Shown here: piece by piece, positions 40,833 to 43,173 of the stretch | Layout: every line of letters starts with the position of its first letter | Position numbering within the stretch: the first letter of the stretch is position 1 | Assembly (NCBI GenBank): GCA_964480545.1 | Contig: CAYZQP010000002.1 | Coordinates: 1-43,173 of the forward strand | Origin: an uncultured Mesorhizobium sp. | GTDB lineage: Bacteria > Pseudomonadota > Alphaproteobacteria > Rhizobiales > Rhizobiaceae | Reading direction: 5' to 3' | Length of the DNA: 43,173 bases | Notes under the pieces: generated by a model | Seen by the model: only the letters and a program-made list of their open reading frames with translations | Databases searched by the model: none | What the model was told of the DNA's origin: nothing | Translations under genes and position numbers: made by a program

Positions 40833-40901
40833 GTATCCAACTCCAGAAACAAATGCGGCGGCCGCAGGACGGCCACCGCCTTGATAGTCCTGCAGGCGCG
40901 C

Positions 40902-42473
40902 CTATTCCTTCGCGAAATAGGCATCAGCCCAGTTGCCGGCTGCACCTTCGGCGCCAACGGCATAGTTGCGCAGCCGCTTGTCGGCCACAATCACTTCAAG
41001 GGGCGAAACCAGATCGATCGACGGGATATCTGTGTGCACGACATGCTGGAACTGGTTGAACAGGTCCTTGCGCCTGGCAGGATCGACCTCGATTGCAGCA
41101 GCCTCAAGCAGACGGTCGGCCTCCTCGCTCTTGTATGCGGCGGAGTTGGAGAACGGCAGGCCGGGCTTGAAGTTTTTCGACCAGTAGCCCCGCTGAACAC
41201 CAACGGTCGGATCAAACACGTTGGTCAGTGACTCGATCGTCAGGTCGAATTGACGATCCGTATAAACGGCCTTTACGTAGGCTCCGAACTCCAGCTTTTC
41301 GATCACAGCATCGATGCCAACCTCACGCAGCGACTGACGTACAAAGTCGGCCAGCCGTGCGTCGATGAAGGGGTTGTAAAGCAGGCGCAGCTTGACGCGC
41401 GTCCCATCTGCTCCCACCGGCAGCCCGGCTTCGTCGAGCAGCTTCTTCGACAGTTCCGGGTCGTAGGCGCGGGCCTTGACGGCCGGATCATTCCACGGGC
41501 CGAGGGCGACGCTCACTGGCGACGGCGAAACTTTCGCCGCACCGTAGAACACGGTGTCAACGATGCGCTGCAAATCAAGCGCATGCGCGATCGCTTCACG
41601 CAGTTTCTTGTTCTGGATCGCGGGCTGCTCCAGATTGAAGAAAATCTGGTTCTGCGCACCGGTATAGGCGTAGTCGCGCTTCACCACCGAAAAGCGCGGA
41701 TCCTGCTCGAAGCGTGGCAGTTCGGCCAGCGGTACCGGAACGAGCGCGCCAAGGTCGAGATCCCCCGCCTCAAAGGCGGCACCGCGTGCGGCAGCATCAG
41801 GAATGAAACGCAGCACCACCCGATCAAGGTAGGGCTTGGGCTTGTCCCAGTAGTTCGCGTTGCGCTCGAGCAGCGCATGACTGCCACGTGCCCACTCCTT
41901 GAGCACGAAGGGGCCGGTACCGATCAACAGTTCAGGTCCGGGAGGAGCGGCAACGTCGACACCCTCATAGAGATGCTTTGGCACGATCGGAGATTCGGAA
42001 GCGCCAAGCGCGACGATCAGGTAAGGCGCTGGTTTGGACAGCACGAGTTCAAGGGTCGTCGCGTCAGGCGCATTGGCTTCAACGACATTGGCGAATGTCG
42101 CGCGGCCCCGCGGATGGCCTTCCTTCAGGCGAAGAATGGAGAAGGCAGCATCAGCGGCGCTGAACGGCTTGCCGTCATGCCAGGTAACGCCGTCACGCAG
42201 CTTGAACACATACTTCAAACCATCGGGGGAGACCTCCCAGGAGGTCGCCAACTGAGGCGAAGGCTTCAGGTCATAATCGTAGGTCAGCAGACCATCGAAA
42301 ATTTTCCCGGAGGTCAGCGGCGTCGACGTATTGTTGATCGAGCTCAGCGTCGCCGGCTCATACTTCATCACAAAACGCAGTGTGCCGCCCGACTGGGGCG
42401 TGTCCTGCGCTACGGCAGCCGTTGCGCCTATGAACAGCGCCGCAATCGCCGCAACAAACTTCCTGCTCAACAT
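40902..42473 (-). CDS. Peptide-type ABC substrate-binding protein (family 5)
   Basis: Signal peptide, LATSWEVSPDGLKYVFKLRDGVTWHDGKPF, IGTGPF; ATG after AAGGA. Confidence 0.9.
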   Translation of the reverse strand: MLSRKFVAAIAALFIGATAAVAQDTPQSGGTLRFVMKYEPATLSSINNTSTPLTSGKIFDGLLTYDYDLKPSPQLATSWEVSPDGLKYVFKLRDGVTWHDGKPFSAADAAFSILRLKEGHPRGRATFANVVEANAPDATTLELVLSKPAPYLIVALGASESPIVPKHLYEGVDVAAPPGPELLIGTGPFVLKEWARGSHALLERNANYWDKPKPYLDRVVLRFIPDAAARGAAFEAGDLDLGALVPVPLAELPRFEQDPRFSVVKRDYAYTGAQNQIFFNLEQPAIQNKKLREAIAHALDLQRIVDTVFYGAAKVSPSPVSVALGPWNDPAVKARAYDPELSKKLLDEAGLPVGADGTRVKLRLLYNPFIDARLADFVRQSLREVGIDAVIEKLEFGAYVKAVYTDRQFDLTIESLTNVFDPTVGVQRGYWSKNFKPGLPFSNSAAYKSEEADRLLEAAAIEVDPARRKDLFNQFQHVVHTDIPSIDLVSPLEVIVADKRLRNYAVGAEGAAGNWADAYFAKE

Positions 42474-42652
42474 AATCTGGTCCTTGAATGGTATCGTCGT
42501 GGCAGGAGTATCTCCGCAGGCCACCGTTTCGTCAGGCGATAAGCTTCCACACTTTTGCAGCAGACGAAAACAGTTTCACACAAACGCATAGATTGAGGAA
42601 TGAAATTTCGCTCCCCGCGAGAATGCAAGAGCGCGATTGCACGCGTAGAGTG

Positions 42653-43173
42653 TCAGTTCCGCTTCTGGCGTCTGGGGTCAAGTGCGTCATTCAGTGCATC
42701 ACCGAGCACGTTGATGGTGAGCACCGTCACCACAATTGCAATCCCGGGTATCGCGCTGAGATAGGGTGCCGAGCGCAGCATCGGGCGCCCTTCACCAATC
42801 ATCGCGCCCCAGGTCACCACATTGGGGTCGCCCAGGCCCAGAAAGGACAGCGCAGATTCCATCAGGATCGCCGTCGCCAGCAGGATCGACGAAGTGACGA
42901 TGATCGGAGGCAGTGCGTTCGGCAGGATTTCGACGGCCATGATCCTGACATTTGCAAACCCCTGACTACGCGCTGCGAGCACAAAGTCCCGGTCTCGCAA
43001 TCGCCGGAACTCACCTCGAACGATGCGCGCCGCAATCGGCCAGTTGACGACTGCGATGGCGCAGACGATCGTGATGATTGTGGGCTGGGCGATGGCGACC
43101 AGAACAACCAACAGCACGAAGCTCGGCGGCGTCTGGACGATCTCGATCAGCTTGACGATTGCGGTATCCACCC
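42653..43173 (-). CDS. Peptide-type ABC permease, DppC family (5'-partial)
   Basis: ARIVRGE, FVLAARSQG, EILPN, ESALSFLGLG, LGDALNDALDPR. Confidence 0.88.
   Translation of the reverse strand, partial: VDTAIVKLIEIVQTPPSFVLLVVLVAIAQPTIITIVCAIAVVNWPIAARIVRGEFRRLRDRDFVLAARSQGFANVRIMAVEILPNALPPIIVTSSILLATAILMESALSFLGLGDPNVVTWGAMIGEGRPMLRSAPYLSAIPGIAIVVTVLTINVLGDALNDALDPRRQKRN

Noticed and set aside
41250..42542. 430-aa plus-strand ORF, and similar long antisense ORFs (2176-3069, 26994-27836, 31750-32673, 35919-36710)
   Set aside because: Shadows of well-supported genes on the opposite strand in GC-rich DNA; no motifs.

Overview
GC-rich, alphaproteobacterial-looking (Rhizobiales-like; inferred from gene content, not determined) window with three blocks. 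(1) 1-10362, carbohydrate uptake: the end of a fructose-type ABC operon (frcA); a convergent operon with a fused ATPase-permease, a permease, a RhaS-like binding protein, a DUF1355/GATase-like protein and a FrcK-like kinase; a ROK regulator; transaldolase; a deleted transketolase remnant; and a DeoR regulator. (2) ~10700-25190, an apparently acquired and decaying surface-polymer island: Wzm/Wzt, a 1567-aa TagF-like(degenerate)-TPR-TagF-GT4 protein, a double methyltransferase, a broken tagD, an orphan coxG, two Stealth phosphotransferases, an IS3 remnant and a broken type I secretion ABC gene. Its right edge cuts an FMN reductase gene. (3) 25190-43173, a sulfur-scavenging region: tauABC; a cmoO-cmoJ-deacetylase-GNAT-ABC-SBP-SBP-LLM-DUF1684 operon resembling the Bacillus S-alkylcysteine salvage pathway but without the CmoI glutaredoxin; a chaC remnant; and a peptide-type ABC operon with a second DUF1684. 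Best candidate for a new system: a DUF1684-containing variant of S-substituted-cysteine salvage. Support comes from near-total Met/Cys depletion of the binding proteins, a retained CX7C pair in DUF1684, and a shared TCTA-N9-TAGA motif upstream of tauA and cmoO. No rRNA, tRNA or CRISPR array was seen. All family assignments are from motif recognition by eye; no searches were run.
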